DNA from: Nymphaea colorata
Lineage: Eukaryota
Length of the DNA stretch: 64,000 bases
Direction of reading: 5' to 3'
Assembly: GCF_008831285.2 (NCBI RefSeq)
Contig: NC_045138.2
Location: 38,750,001 to 38,814,000, forward strand
Every line of letters starts with the position of its first letter. Positions within the stretch are counted from its first letter, which is position 1. Below the pieces are notes generated by a model, which was given only the letters and a program-made list of their open reading frames with translations, was not told where the DNA came from and did not search any database. This document shows, one piece after another, positions 43,090-55,998 of this stretch. A program made the translations under genes and the position numbers.

Positions 43090-44020
43090 GGTTTAGCAGA
43101 TTCAAAATAGATATTCACTTCTTTTTTATCTTCGTATGTTATTTTGAATGCAGATTCGAATATTTAAAATAGATATTTTTTTAATTATATTCACTTTTTT
43201 ATCTTCATATTTTGAATTCAGATTCGAATACGAAAAAAAAAACTTCAGATTCGAATATGTGTTCGAATCTCAATTTGAAATTTAATTTTATTTTAACATG
43301 TTTTTTACATTCATATTTAAATGAATGTTAGATCGAATTTGGACGATTTACATTTTTCTTCATATTCGAATATGAATAAAAAAATAAAAAAAATAAGTTG
43401 TGTTCGAATCTTGAATTTGAAATCTAATTTTATTTTAATATGTTTTTTACATTTATATTTAAATTCCAATTTGAAATGGAATTTGAACGGTTTTCAAAAT
43501 GTAAGAGCATTGAATGTGGGATATTTGTTTAAAAATAAATTGGATTTGGATTTGAAAAAAATGGAATTTGAACGGTTTTCAAAATGTAAGAGCATTGAAC
43601 GTGGGATATTTGTTTAAAAATAAATTCGATTTGGATTTGAAAAAGAGCATTGAACGTGGGATATTTGTTTAAAAATAAATTCGATTTGGATTTGTTTTCA
43701 AATCTAACTGAACATTAATTGAACATTTATGTATATCCGAATTCAAGCCTATGTCATTGCTTAAATCTAAATATTTATGTATATCCGTTGCTTAAATTTA
43801 AATATTTATGCATATCTGAATTCAATATGTTATTCATGTATATTCGAATTCAATCATGTCATTGCTTAAATTTGAATTTGATTTGATTTTTAATCAATTT
43901 TTTTATCCAATTTTTTTTGAAAAGATTCAATCAAATATTTTCAATCATATATCCTTTTCAATCAAATATCCTTTGAAAAGATTCAATTAAATATTCGATT
44001 CAAATTCGATATATTAAATA
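43090..44020. mobile_element. AT-rich non-autonomous transposon remnant with TTCGAA(T) subterminal motifs and internal tandem duplications
   Basis: Repeated 'gattcgaat'. The block 'gagcattgaa(t/c)gtgggatatttgtttaaaaataaatt(g/c)gatttggatttg' occurs three times in 43505-43693. Confidence 0.45.
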
Positions 44021-44480
44021 AGACCTAGAAATAAAGTGTATATATTAAAAAAAAGTAGTCTACACCTCAAATGGAGACTAGAAATAAAGTGGGGAGAGAG
44101 GGGAGATGGACTTTTCTTATGTATAGAAAAAGCTTCATGTCCAAGGCTCGACAATGTCAGACTAGAACGCGGAAGGGTTGGACCAGTTCAAGGCCTGAAA
44201 CCCTTGCTAACTAACCACCAGGCAGGCTTATTGAGCTCGACTGTTAACCATTTGTCTCTCAGTTCTAGAGAGAGGGTGAATAGTACAGTTCTAGAGAGGG
44301 TTCTAGAGAGAGGGTGAATAGTACAGTTCTAGAGAGGGGTGAATAGTTCTAGAGAGAGGGGTGAATAGTACAGTCAGTTCTAAAGATAGGGGTCAATAGT
44401 ACATAAGGAGTGAGGATGAGGTAAGGAGTGAGGATGAGGAAGAGAACAAAGATTTTTTCGTGAAGATTGCTCGTTCTTGC

Positions 44481-44712
44481 TATTTATAGACGCGGCTGGT
44501 GGAGATTTGAGGTCAAAAATTGCTGCGGCCGAATCTTGATGGATGGCCATTATCTCGAATCTTTTCTTTAGTCTCCATCTTTCGCTTTATCATGTCGAAT
44601 TATTTCTTTAGTCTCCATCTTTCACTTTATTCTGTCGATTCATTTCTTTAGTCTCTACCTTTCCACTTTATTCTGTCTGCCATTAGCATTTCAACTTTCC
44701 TTTAGTCTCCAG
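44481..44712 (-). promoter_or_regulatory. Viral pregenomic-RNA promoter of copy A: TATAAATA (44488-44481) with three upstream 40-bp direct repeats (putative enhancer)
   Basis: 'tttctttagtctc(c/t)a(t/c)ctttc' at 44563, 44603 and 44643, partial at ~44698. TATA context 'gccgcgtctataaatagcaag' is the same in copy B. Confidence 0.7.
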
Positions 44713-44786
44713 CTTCTTTTGCTCCAATCAATCACAGCTTTTCCATATTCATGGTAGTGATTGAAGTATTGACTGAAACATTTTTC

Positions 44787-45872
44787 TTAAAGACTTACTT
44801 CGCACAATTCTTTACCCTTTGCACATTCTATGCATTAGTGTTCTGGGTATTTCTGGAAGAACTGGCAATATTTTTTCAGATTTCTGGTTCTCATTAATAG
44901 TCCTTTGATAGTTCTCGTCTATGGTGATCTATGTGGCATAATTAGAGTTCCTTAGAATTTCTTCTTTGCTTCCTTCTTTGTTTTTAAGGATAGAGAATAT
45001 ATTATCTGGCCGTTCCTTGCTTCGTACATCCATACGTTGGGTTCTTGATATTGGTGTAGAAGTTCTTTAAATATGACTTGTAAATCCCTGGGTCTCTTTT
45101 TGGCAAAGAATTCTTTAATCTCTGGTAAAAGTATCTCTTCTTGTTGCTGAACTTCTGCCTGGACTAATTCATTTGTCAAGCCGAGCTTTATGACATATAT
45201 AGTTGGGATTATTTTATCTTCGAAAACTTCTGCTTAGGCAGCATAGATTCTCACATAGATAAGTGGTGCTTTTGTTATCTCCAGATAACGTTTGGCTGCT
45301 TTGTATAGTTATGGAATTTCTTCTAGTTCTTTGACATTGTGGGTATATACAGTATGTAGCAATCCATAACTATGTACCATTTTTACTAGGTTTGCGTCGG
45401 TGTTGGTATATGCTATCATCTTATTTATCCCTGGATATGGAATGTTGATATAACCTTTCTCCAATACTGTATTTTTTTCTCTTGGGTTTTTGTTTAGGAA
45501 GTCACATATTTTCTTTAGGTTTCTAAGATAGTTGTTAACTATTATAGACTGGCTTTCGGTTTTCACCTTTTGGATTGTTTCTAAATAGGTTTGTGTCCGA
45601 AGATGTGTGAACATGCTGGTTTTGATTGGTATGGGAGTTTTCTGGAATCTGTGGTTCAAATTGATATTTTTGAATCTTGGTTTAAACGATATACTTGGTT
45701 CTTCTTGTTTTGTTGTTTCCAAAGTTTTTGGTTCAGGAGCCTTTTGTTTGGTTTCTGGGATTTTTAGTAAGGATTGTGTCTGGGTTTTCCATTCTAAGAG
45801 TATTTTTAGCTGGTTTTGTAGTACTGCTATTTGGGCTTGGTGTTCCTCTAGTTTCATTCTGATTAGCCGCAT
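44787..45872 (-). pseudogene. Viral ORF4, TAV/inclusion-body-like protein (copy A; stops and frameshift)
   Basis: INKMIAY...YGLLHTVYT...EIP*LYKA...IKLGLT...FFAKKR...KYPEH.CIEC, recalled as similar to solendovirus (TVCV) ORF4. Confidence 0.75.
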
Positions 45873-46180
45873 AAACAGATAATATGAAGTTAGTGTGATT
45901 TAAATCGCCTTTTATCACTTTGGGAAAGTGATCATCCATCAACAGATTTGGTATGTCTTTCCCAGTAGTTGTTTGCTTTGGACTAATCATATTTTTCTTA
46001 CCAATGGAGGTATCCAGTAAATACGATTACCGTTGTTACTGAGAGACTTGGCATGGTGACCGCTACTCATTGGTAATTATATAGTTCACATAACTAGTAA
46101 GTTATTTCTTTTGGTTGAGAGACTTAGGGTTTATCCCGCAACTCAACATAAAGAAATTATTTAGATCCTTCTTGGATGTT

Positions 46181-48061
46181 CTATTTCACATTCCTAGATA
46201 GATAATCTGCATAGCAATTCTTGTTAGTCTTGATTAATTCAATATCGAAATCAAATAATTTTATGTTGTTTACCAATCATCTTATTTCTTTCTTTACAAT
46301 TGAATTTTCTAATTTCACGTTTAACCATTATTTCACATGCGTATTATCAGTTCTTACTTTGAATTTTGTGTATACTACATATATCTCGAAATGTAAAAGT
46401 GCATAATATAGTGCTAATAATTTTTTTTTATTAATTTTCCACTTAACTTCGTTTCTTTAATACTTCCTGAGTGGTATCTACAAAGATATTTATTTTTATC
46501 ACATTCATATCTATATTTTAATACCGATCTATGACTATATTCTGACGCATCAGATTCTATAATCCATACAAATGGTTTTTGTTCATTTGGAAATTCAAGT
46601 TTGGGCAGATTTTTACAAACTATTTTTATTTGCTCAATATGATTCTATAATCCATACAAATGGTTTCTTGGAGTGGTTTACAGTGTTTTGTTAAATGTGG
46701 TATATATTCTCTGACTTGGTTTACTAGTCCTAAAAAGGATTGTAATTTCTTTTTAGTATTTAATTCCTTTGTTTGTGCAATCTTTTGTAGTATATGGGTT
46801 TGCATTTTTATTCCTGCTTTATCTATTTCTATTTTTAGAAATTCTATTTGCTTCTTATATATTACTGCTTTGTTTTTGCTTATTATTATTCCTGCTTTTG
46901 CTGCATAATTTATAAATTCTTTCAATAATTCATAATGATCTTCTTGAGTATGGCTGAATAATAATATATCATCTATATAAATTATAGAATTTCTCATACC
47001 TTTAAATTGTTCGTCCATGAAGCTTTGGAATCTTCTTCGGTATTTTTGTATACAAATGGTAAAACATTCCATTAGTAAAATCCATTCAGAACTGTGAATG
47101 TTGTTAATTTTTTGCTTTCTTCTTTGAGTTTTAGATGGTAAAATCCACTTTTGCAATCAAATTTACTAAAGTATTGATATCCTAATACTTGTTTTAGTTT
47201 TAATATCTTGTTTGGAATAGGGTAGTTATAAGTTTTAACTTTGGCATTTAGATTTCTATAATCTATAACCATTCTAGTTTTTCTTCTTTTTTGTTCACTA
47301 TGTTTGTTTACAATAAATGCTGGGCTATTGTGTTTTGAGTTTGATTTTTGTATATATCCTCCTCTTATTAGTTCATTCACATGTAGTTTAAATTCCTTAA
47401 GATCATCTGGTATATATTTCAAGGGTGATTGTGTTATTATGCTATCTTTTTTTATTAGTTCTATTCTTATTACTGTCTTATGTGTATTCGAATGTTGTAG
47501 TGGGTTTTCTGAATATAGTTGTTCTAGTCTATTTTCTATGTTTTCTAACTCGTTTATTTCATAAACATTTATAGTTATAGTATTTATCCTTTCGCGTGTA
47601 AGTTTTTGTGTTATCTTATTATCACCTTTAATCCATGGTGTTGTTTTTCTTTCACTATTTTTTACTATTAAGACATTAATTTTTTCTCCACAAGGTGTGG
47701 TTAGTATTAAGTATTTATCCGTAATGTTTATTGGTAGATAGCTATTTAGGAAAGGTCTCCCTAATATTATATCTTTCTTATGTAGTTCAAACACATATAT
47801 TCTATTGATCCTAATAGTCTTTTTCCAGATTTGGATATTAACGTTTTTTGATTTGTAGCTTATTATAGCCTTAGCGCCATTGAATCATCTGACTTCTAAT
47901 GGATCTTCTAATTTTTCTCATGCATTTTCTGATAGACAATTTTTCTTGCATAAATTTATTTGTGCTTCTGTGTCAATATAGTTTGTGTAATATCTATTAT
48001 GATATCCTCTTGATATAAATTTTATTAATATATATATAAATTTATCTTTATTAATATTCAT
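46181..48061 (-). pseudogene. Viral pol polyprotein (aspartic protease, reverse transcriptase, RNase H), copy A, disrupted
   Basis: GYHNRYYTNYIDTEAQINLC (AP), SPAFIVNKHSEQKR.KTRMVIDYRNLN, FSKFDCKSGFYH, IYIDDILLFS, LQSFLGLVNQVREYIP, IIESDAS and NCYADYLSR. In-frame stops and frameshifts. Confidence 0.93.
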
Positions 48062-48266
48062 TATCCCTCTCTTTTGTATCCTCATAGTTATATTGTCCAA
48101 ATGCTCTATATGAGGTATGTGGAATCCTTTTATCTTTCTCATTTCAATAGGTCATAAATTTCCATTCTGCTACTACTCTAACTCTTAGATAATTAAAAAA
48201 GTTTCTTCTATAATCTTTGAATTTTCTTCTTATTACCATTTCCCCTAAATTTCCTATAAATTTAAG

Positions 48267-48404
<138 letters not shown>

Positions 48405-48997
48405 GAATAATTTTTCTACTCTATTTCGTACAAAATGTCTAGTTTGTTCTTTATATGTTTTTACACTTGTAGTTTGAAACATTCTGTTTCTTCATATGAT
48501 ATATCTGACATTGTTTCATCTGATTCTATGTTTTTAATTTCTCTTAGCCATCGTACATGTACTCTATGTATTAATCTATCAATAAATTGTCTTGCAATAA
48601 TCATCTTTTTTAACCATATGATCCACTTATTTCTTATAATAATTATTTGTCTTCTATCTTTTCAATTTATTGGTGTTATATATGTTAATCATTTTTCTAA
48701 TTTGATCATCCTTCCATTATGTTTATTATATTTCTCCACATTATATCGTCATCATAATCATAATACGTATTGTCGTAATCGGTTTCATAGTCATCATAGT
48801 CATAGTTATATTCATATGTTGATTCTAGTGCCAGTTTCTTTTCTTCTATTTCGTTTCTGATATTATTAATGAATCTGCATACATTATGTATAGTTTAAGA
48901 ATTTTTATAAGCTTCTCTTTTCTAAGTCTTTTTTCCTCTAAAGCTTTGTCTAGCGTATTACTCGTATCTTGTTCAAATTTTCTTTTACTTATTTGGC

Positions 48998-50109
48998 TAA
49001 TCATCTAAGTTTCTCGGGATTATTATATGTTTTCCTAGATGTTCAATTTCTAATACATTCTTCTCTATTTTGAAGTTTTGTATTTATTTAACAGTTTGTT
49101 TCCTAATATTATTCGTGTCAGGCTATCATGGCGTAGTGTTTGTATTTCAAATTCTACTTCGAACATATATTCTGCTATTTTTATTTCTTTGCTTACTTTT
49201 CCTAAGCTTTTAATAATATTTCCCTGAATGTCTTTGTACAGGTGTTCACTTGGTAATATTATATTGTTATTTATCATATCAGGTGTAATATAGTTATCTT
49301 CTGATCATGTATCTATAAGAATTTTTTTGTCATATTATCTATAATTCCTTTTATATGAAATTGTTTCTGATAACTAGTTGTTACTGATGTGCTCACACTT
49401 AGTCTTTGCTTAATAATTTGTAATTCGTTTTGTTCATTTTCTAAATAATAAGGTTCATCTTCATGTATTACTATGATTAGTTGCTTGAAAGGGTTATCTA
49501 TCTCGATCGTATTAATGTCTTTTCTTTTGGCAGATATTTTATGTTTGTTGGTTACTACATACATATTTTTTCCTTTAATAATCATTACTTTATATCCTTT
49601 TTCTATTTGTATTCTTGATAATTTCCGGTATAACACTAGGCTTCGGTCTATGTTCTGATCCATTAAACTTATAGTATAATTTGGTTTTAGTTTTTGGTAG
49701 ATTAAGTTTCTTTTTATTTTAGCTATTATTGTTTTTTTTGCTGGGTAAATTATCTTATCATCTGATAGGTATAATTTTAAGGGTGTATTTAATTTTAGTT
49801 GTTTTAACTCTTCCTGAATACCTTATCTGCTGATTAGGGGTACTCTAGTTGTTCATACAGCTTGGTCTATGTCTATAACATGTTCTCTTTGTTTAATTAA
49901 TTTTCTTTATTTTTCTTTAGTATATTTTTTATAACTGGGATTTTTCTGATAAGAGGGAATTTAAATATTTTTTCAGTATTAATATCAATTTTCTGTAGTT
50001 CTATTTGTTTAAATATTTTATCGTCAAATATTTTTCTTTGTATTGTATATTCTTCGGTCAAGTCTTTTTGGTATTGAATATCTTGTGGTTTTTCTATTTT
50101 ATCACTCAT
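48998..50109 (-). pseudogene. Viral ORF2, movement protein with C-terminal protease-like segment, disrupted
   Basis: Starts MSDKIEKPQ at ATG 50109, overlapping the CP stop (GATGAGTGA). Contains TPLKLYLSDD.IIYP, LIYQKLKPNYTISLMDQNIDRSLVLY, then FLIDT*SEDNYIT...IILGNKLL. End approximate. Confidence 0.7.
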
Positions 50110-51784
50110 CTTTATTGTTGTCTGTTTCATATGCTGTTTCATTTTTCGGTATATCTATTTCACTAAGGTCTTCTATATTTATGTAATCATTTTCTATTAT
50201 GTTTATTAATTTTTGCTTCATTTGTTGTCTACAGTTTTTAGCTATATGTCCAATTTTTTCGCAATTATAACATTTATAACTTTTGGGGTTTTTTGGGTAC
50301 TTATTTTTATTCCTGATATAATACCTTCTTTTTGGGTATTTGTTTCTATATTTTTTGTATTTTTTGTAATAGTGTTTAAGTTTCTTATATTTTTTATGCT
50401 TTTTGTAATATGATTTACATCCTAACTGGGGTGTTGTATGTTCTTCGCAACATTTATATGGTGATTGTATTATAAGTTTGAGTTTTTTCGATTTTACATA
50501 TTCTTCACACATTGTTTTAAACCATGTTCTTAGAAATTTTATTTTTGATCCTAACGTATCTTCTTTTGGTCTATTTTCTTGGAAGATTTTTATCACTTGT
50601 CCATAAATCACTGTGGTAATTTTGAAAAGAATAGGTCTAGATACCTTGGTTTTTCTTCTGTAGTTATACTTGCTTGATAATAATATTTACTGAATAGTTC
50701 TATATATTCTTCTAAATAACACATATCACATATTGTTAGATTTAGTATGTTTTGTTTAGTAGTTATTTTTACAATATTTGTATGTGAAAATTCTGCTTTG
50801 ATTGATCCTAAATATTTTTCCAATATGTCTAATGAATTTGTAGTTGTCGTGCTTGTGCTTTTACTATCAGTTTATGCTCTTAGGAATTCTTTTAATGAGC
50901 TTGGTAGTTGATCAAACCATAAATATACATTTCCTATGAAGGAATTTTCAATATATGCTGGTATACTTTTTATCTATATTTTGTTTTTCGTGATGTGTTT
51001 ACTCATTTCTGCTTTATATATTTGTAGTAATTCTAATATGTTATTTGTGTTATCTAGATTTAATATCCCATGTTTCCATTTTTTTTCCTCTATTTTTGTT
51101 TTGAATCTGGATTTTCAAATTCTTTCCCATCTTTCATTTCTACTATAGTCATCATAATGTCTTTTTCTACTTGGGTTTCCTTTATAAGTTATTGATCCCG
51201 TTGGATATTCTTCATTGATCTTAATTCCTTTTTGAGGTGTAGTATTCATTATTTTCGTATTTGTAATTTGTTCATCTTGTTCCTGATTTACCATTAATTC
51301 AGTGTATGTCACACTTGGTTCATAATTTTCTGTTTCGATTTCGTTATCAGTTTTTTATCTTTGTAGGTTATTAATTTCTAACTTACTAAGTTCTTTTTCT
51401 TCTTGTATATTGTTTAGTTGTCTATTCACTTTGTCTAACCTTTCGCTGGTCAATTTTTTCTATTAATTTTTCTAGTAACATGATTACTTTGTCCATTTTT
51501 TCTTCCAGACACACTTGGTAACCTTGTATCAACTGTTTTTTATAACCAGAACAACCTTCATATTGCCATGTTTTTAGTTTAGGTTTAGGTTTATTTTCTT
51601 CATTAAGTCTTTTTATTCTGTCTAGTACAATTTCTGTATTAATTTCTTCTTCGTCTAATATTAAGTACATATTATCTGTATTTATTTCTAGAAATTTTCT
51701 ATCTAGATTTGTTTCAACTATTCTACATTTCTGTTCAAAAATCAATGTTTTCTTTGAATCGATTTCGTATTCTGATTTATTCAT
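50102..51784 (-). pseudogene. Viral ORF1, capsid protein, disrupted
   Basis: GILNLDN, LTICDMCYLEEYIELFSKYYY, YLDLFFSKLP, DTLGSKIKFL, a Lys/Tyr-rich basic region and the zinc knuckle CYNCEKIGHIAKNC. Confidence 0.85.
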
Positions 51785-52544
51785 ATAAATGACTATATTA
51801 TTATTCTTCCAATAATTAGGTCTTGATTATACATGGTTGTTAGGTACTTTATTTCTCTTTTAATTATCTGGTTAGAAATATAAAGCTTTTCTGGTTCACG
51901 TTCTACTTTCTGGATCTCAGGTTTTCTTTGGTTAATATTTCTCAAAATATCATTCCACTGGTTACTTATTCTTTTCTGATTTTCCAAAACTATTTTTATA
52001 TCTTGTAAGAGTTTTTCAAAGTCAGTTTTGTCCATATTTTGTGAAGCGTTTTTTTGCCCGAGTAGTGCAAACATTCTCATTTTCAAGTATGTGTTTTGTG
52101 TCATATAATCTATCGATATACCAAACTGAAATAACCCTTATTCTCTATATGATTTTTTCAGCTCAAGAATTGCCTTTGCTATGTTCCCCTCATGACATGA
52201 CCATCTCACTTTTCCCGATCAGCCTCTGCCTTTGTGGGTACTCGTCCGTGGTCTTTCCCTCTTGGGTTACACATTCAAGCGCATCATTTGCCAGAAAATC
52301 ATATAGTCGAATGTAGGTGAACTTCAATTAAGCAGATAGTTGAAAATAAGACTACTCTACACATGCTTAGAAATAAAAAAGTTAACCCATGCTTGTGAGA
52401 AAAACTAACACTTTATTCCATAACTGAAGCAAAGATACTTACAGATAGTTCATCAATCTCCGAAGAGGTTGACGATAGTTTGGCACTATTTGTCTTTGGA
52501 ATAGGCTCCATAAGGCTTTTCCTAACTAGAATACTTGGTTACAA

Positions 52545-52557
52545 GGCTCTGATACCA
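52545..52557 (-). promoter_or_regulatory. tRNA-iMet primer binding site of copy A (TGGTATCAGAGCC)
   Basis: Reverse complement of 'ggctctgatacca'. Confidence 0.9.
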
Positions 52558-52770
52558 AAGTTCTAGAGAGTGGGGTCAAGAGTACATACGGTCGTAGCAA
52601 TTTTCGTCCTCAGATCTCCGCCAGCCGCGTCTATAAATAGCAAGAAAGAGAGAGCAATCTTCACGAAAAAATCCTTGTTCTCTTCCTCCTCCTCACTCCT
52701 TATGTACTCTTGACCCCTCTCTCTAGAACTTTCGTATCAGAGCCTTGAGTATTCTAGTTAGAATGGAATG

Positions 52771-54135
52771 ACTATATTTAGAAAACCCACTACAACATTA
52801 GAATAAACATAAAACAACAGTAAGAATAGAACTAATAAAGGAATATAGCATAATAACACAACCACCCTTGAAATATATGCCAAATGATCTTAAGGAATTT
52901 GAACTACATGTGAATGAACTAATCAGAGGATGATATATACAAAAATCAAACTCAAAACACAACAGCCCAACATTTATTGTAAACAAACATAGTGAACAAA
53001 AAAGAAGAAAAACTAGAATGGTTATAGATTATAGAAATCTAAATGCCAAAGTTAAAACTTATAACTACCCTATTCCAAACAAGATATTAAAACTAAAACA
53101 AGTATCAGGATATCAATACTTTAGTAAATTTGATTGCAAAAGTGAATTTTACCATCTAAAACTCGAAGAAGAAAGTAAAAAATTAACAGCATTCACAGTT
53201 TCGAATGGATTTTACGAATGGAATGTTTTATCATTTGGATACAAAAATGCCCCAAGAAGATTCCAAAGCTTCATGGACGAACGATTTAAAGGTCTGAGAA
53301 ATTATGTAATTTATATAGATGATATATTATTATTCAGTCATACTCAAGAAGATCATTACGAATTATTAAAAGAATTTATAAATTATGCAACCAAAGCAAG
53401 AATAACAATAAGCAAAAACAAAACAGTAATATGTAAGAAGCAAATAGAATTTCTAGGAATAGAAATAGAAAAAGCAGGAATAAAAATGCAAACCCATATA
53501 ATACAAAAGATTGCACAAACAGAGGAATTGGATACTAAAAAAAATTACAATCCTTTTTAGGACTAGTAAACCAAGTTAGAGAATATATACCACATTTAGC
53601 AAAACACTGTAAACTACTCCAAGAAAAACTAAAAAAGAATAAGAAATATTACTGGACTGAAGAAGATAAACAACATATTGAGCAAATAAAAATAGTTTGT
53701 AAAAATCTGCCCAAACTTGAATTTTCAAATGAAAAAAAACCATTTGTATAGATTATAGAATCTGATGCGTCAGAATATAGTCATGGATCAGTATTAAAAT
53801 ATAGATATGAATGTGATAAAAATGAATATCTCTGTAGATACCACTCAGGAAGTTTTAAAGAAAACAAAGTTAAGTGAGAAATTAATCGAAAAGAATTATT
53901 AGCACTATATTATGCACTTTTACATTTCGAGATCTATGTAGTATACACAAAATTCAAATTAAGAACTGATAATACGCAGGTAAAATGTTGATTAAATGCG
54001 AAATTAGAAAATTCAATTGTAAAGAAAGAAATAAGACGATTGGTAAATAACATAAAATTATTTGATTTCGATATTGAATTAATCAAGACTAACGAGAATT
54101 GCTATGCAGATTATCTATCCAGGAATGTGAAATAG
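52771..54135 (+). pseudogene. Viral RT-RNase H, copy B (lacks the protease; core RT open 53018-53560, stops elsewhere)
   Basis: MVIDYRNLNAK...FYEWNVLSFGYKNAP...YIDDILLFS; ends ADYLSRNVK*. Confidence 0.9.
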
Positions 54136-54443
54136 AACATCAAAGAAGGATCTAAATAATTTCTTTATGTTGAGTTGTGGGATAAACCCTAAGTCTCTCA
54201 ACCAAAAGAAATAACTTACTAGTTATGTGAACTATATAATTACCACTGAGTAGCAGTCACCATGCCAAGTATCTCAGTAACAACGGTAATCGTATTTACC
54301 GGATACCTCCATTGGTAAGAAAAATACGACTAGTCCAGAGCAAACGACTACTAAAAAAGACATACCAAATCCGTTGATGGATGACCACTTTCCCAAAGCG
54401 ATAAAAGGCGATTTAAATTGCACTAACATCATATTATCTGTTT

Positions 54444-55533
54444 ATGCAGCTAATCAGAATAAAACTAAAAGAACACCAAGCCCAAATAGCAGTACTACAA
54501 AACCAGCTAAAAATACTCCTAGAATGGAAAACCCAGACAGAATCCTTACTAAAAATCCCAGAAACCAAACCAAAGACTCCAGAACCAAAAACTTTGGAAA
54601 CAACAAAACAAGAAGAACCAAGTATATCGTTTAAACCAAGATTCAAAAATATCAATTTGAACCACAGATTCCAGAAAACTCTCATACCAATCAAAACCAG
54701 TCTGTTCACACCTCCTCAGACACAAACCTATTTAGAAACAATACAAAAGGTGAAAACCGAAAGCCAGTCTATAATAGTTAACAACTATCTTAGAAACCTG
54801 AAGAAAGTCTGTGACTCACTAAACAAAAACCCAAGAGAAAAAAATACAGTACCAAGGAAAGGTTATATCACCATTTCATATCCATGGATAAATAAGATGA
54901 TAGCCTATCCCAACACCGACCCAAACCTAGTAAAAATGATACATTGTTATGGATTGCTACATAATGTATATACCCACAATGCCAAAGAACTAGAAAAAAT
55001 TCCAGAACTATGCAAAGCAGCCAAACGTTATCTGGAGATAACAAAAACACCACTTATCTATGTGAGAATCTATGTTGCCCAAGCAAAAGTTTTCGAAGAT
55101 AAAATAATCCTAGCTATATATGCCATAAAGCTCGGCTTGACAAAAGAATTAGTCCAATCAAAAGTTCAGCAACAAGAAGGGATACTTTTACCAGAGAGAA
55201 TTCTTTACCAAAAAGAGACCCAATGATTTACAAGTCATATTTGAAGAACTTCTATACCAATATCAAGAACCCAACTTATGGATGTACGAAACAAGGAACG
55301 ACCAGATAATATAGTTTCTATCCTTAAAAACCAAAGAAGGAAGCAAAGAAGAAATTCTAAGGTGGTTAGAAACTCTAATTATGCCGGATAGACCACCACA
55401 GACGAGAGCTATCAAAGGACCATTAATGAGAACCAGAAATCTGAAAAAATATTGCCAGTTCTTCCAGAAATACCCAGAACACCAATGCATAGAATGTGCA
55501 AATGGTAAAGAATTGTGTGAAGTAAGTTTCTAA
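54444..55533 (+). pseudogene. Viral TAV-like ORF4, copy B (260 codons open, then frameshift)
   Basis: Homologous to 44787-45872; ends KYPEHQCIECANGKELCEVSF*. Confidence 0.78.
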
Positions 55534-55862
55534 GGAAAATGTTTCAGTCAATACTTCAATCACTACCATGAATATGAAAAAGCTGTGATTGATTGGAGCA
55601 AAAGAAGCTAGAGACTAAAGAAAAGTTGAAATGCTAATGGCAGACAGAATAAAGTAGAAAGATGGTTTGATGTCTATATATATATTTGAAACCATTAATA
55701 TTTTATATTTTAATATCTCAAAACCCTTAGTAATGTGCTAAGGGTTTTTGAAGGTGCCATCGATGACACATAAACAGGTTTTAAGGGTGTTATCAACAAA
55801 GCATGAAGAGTTTTTAAGGAAGCTATCAACAATGCACCAAAAGTTTTAAGTAAGTTGATTGA

Positions 55863-55998
55863 TAATGTGTGCCTAAGATGTATATATACTTATTTTGTAG
55901 TGACTCTAACCATTTAATGATTAAATGAGCTGATTGCTAATGTGTGCCTAAGAAGATGTATATATACTTATTTTGTAGTGACTCTAACCATTTAATGA
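55863..55998. repeat. ~58-bp direct duplication upstream of COQ3
   Basis: 'taatgtgtgcctaag(aag)atgtatatatacttattttgtagtgactctaaccatttaatga' at ~55863 and ~55938. Confidence 0.85.

Larger units (their letters stand above)
52589..55665 (+). mobile_element. Endogenous caulimovirid copy B: TATA, PBS, ~5 kb internal deletion, RT-RNaseH, TAV-like ORF, start of enhancer
   Basis: Inverted homologue of copy A 44375-44530, 52520-52588 and 44650-47520. TATA at 52632. PBS with one mismatch (TCGTATCAGAGCC) at 52732-52744. Confidence 0.92.

Noticed and set aside
43071..43096. Telomere-like 'gggtttagggtttag'
   Set aside because: Only about two units, too short to call an interstitial telomeric array.
45733..45990. 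Overlapping 85-aa ORF across the TAV start, also open in copy B (54374-54634)
   Set aside because: The copies are too similar for shared openness to show selection, and no recognisable motif is present.
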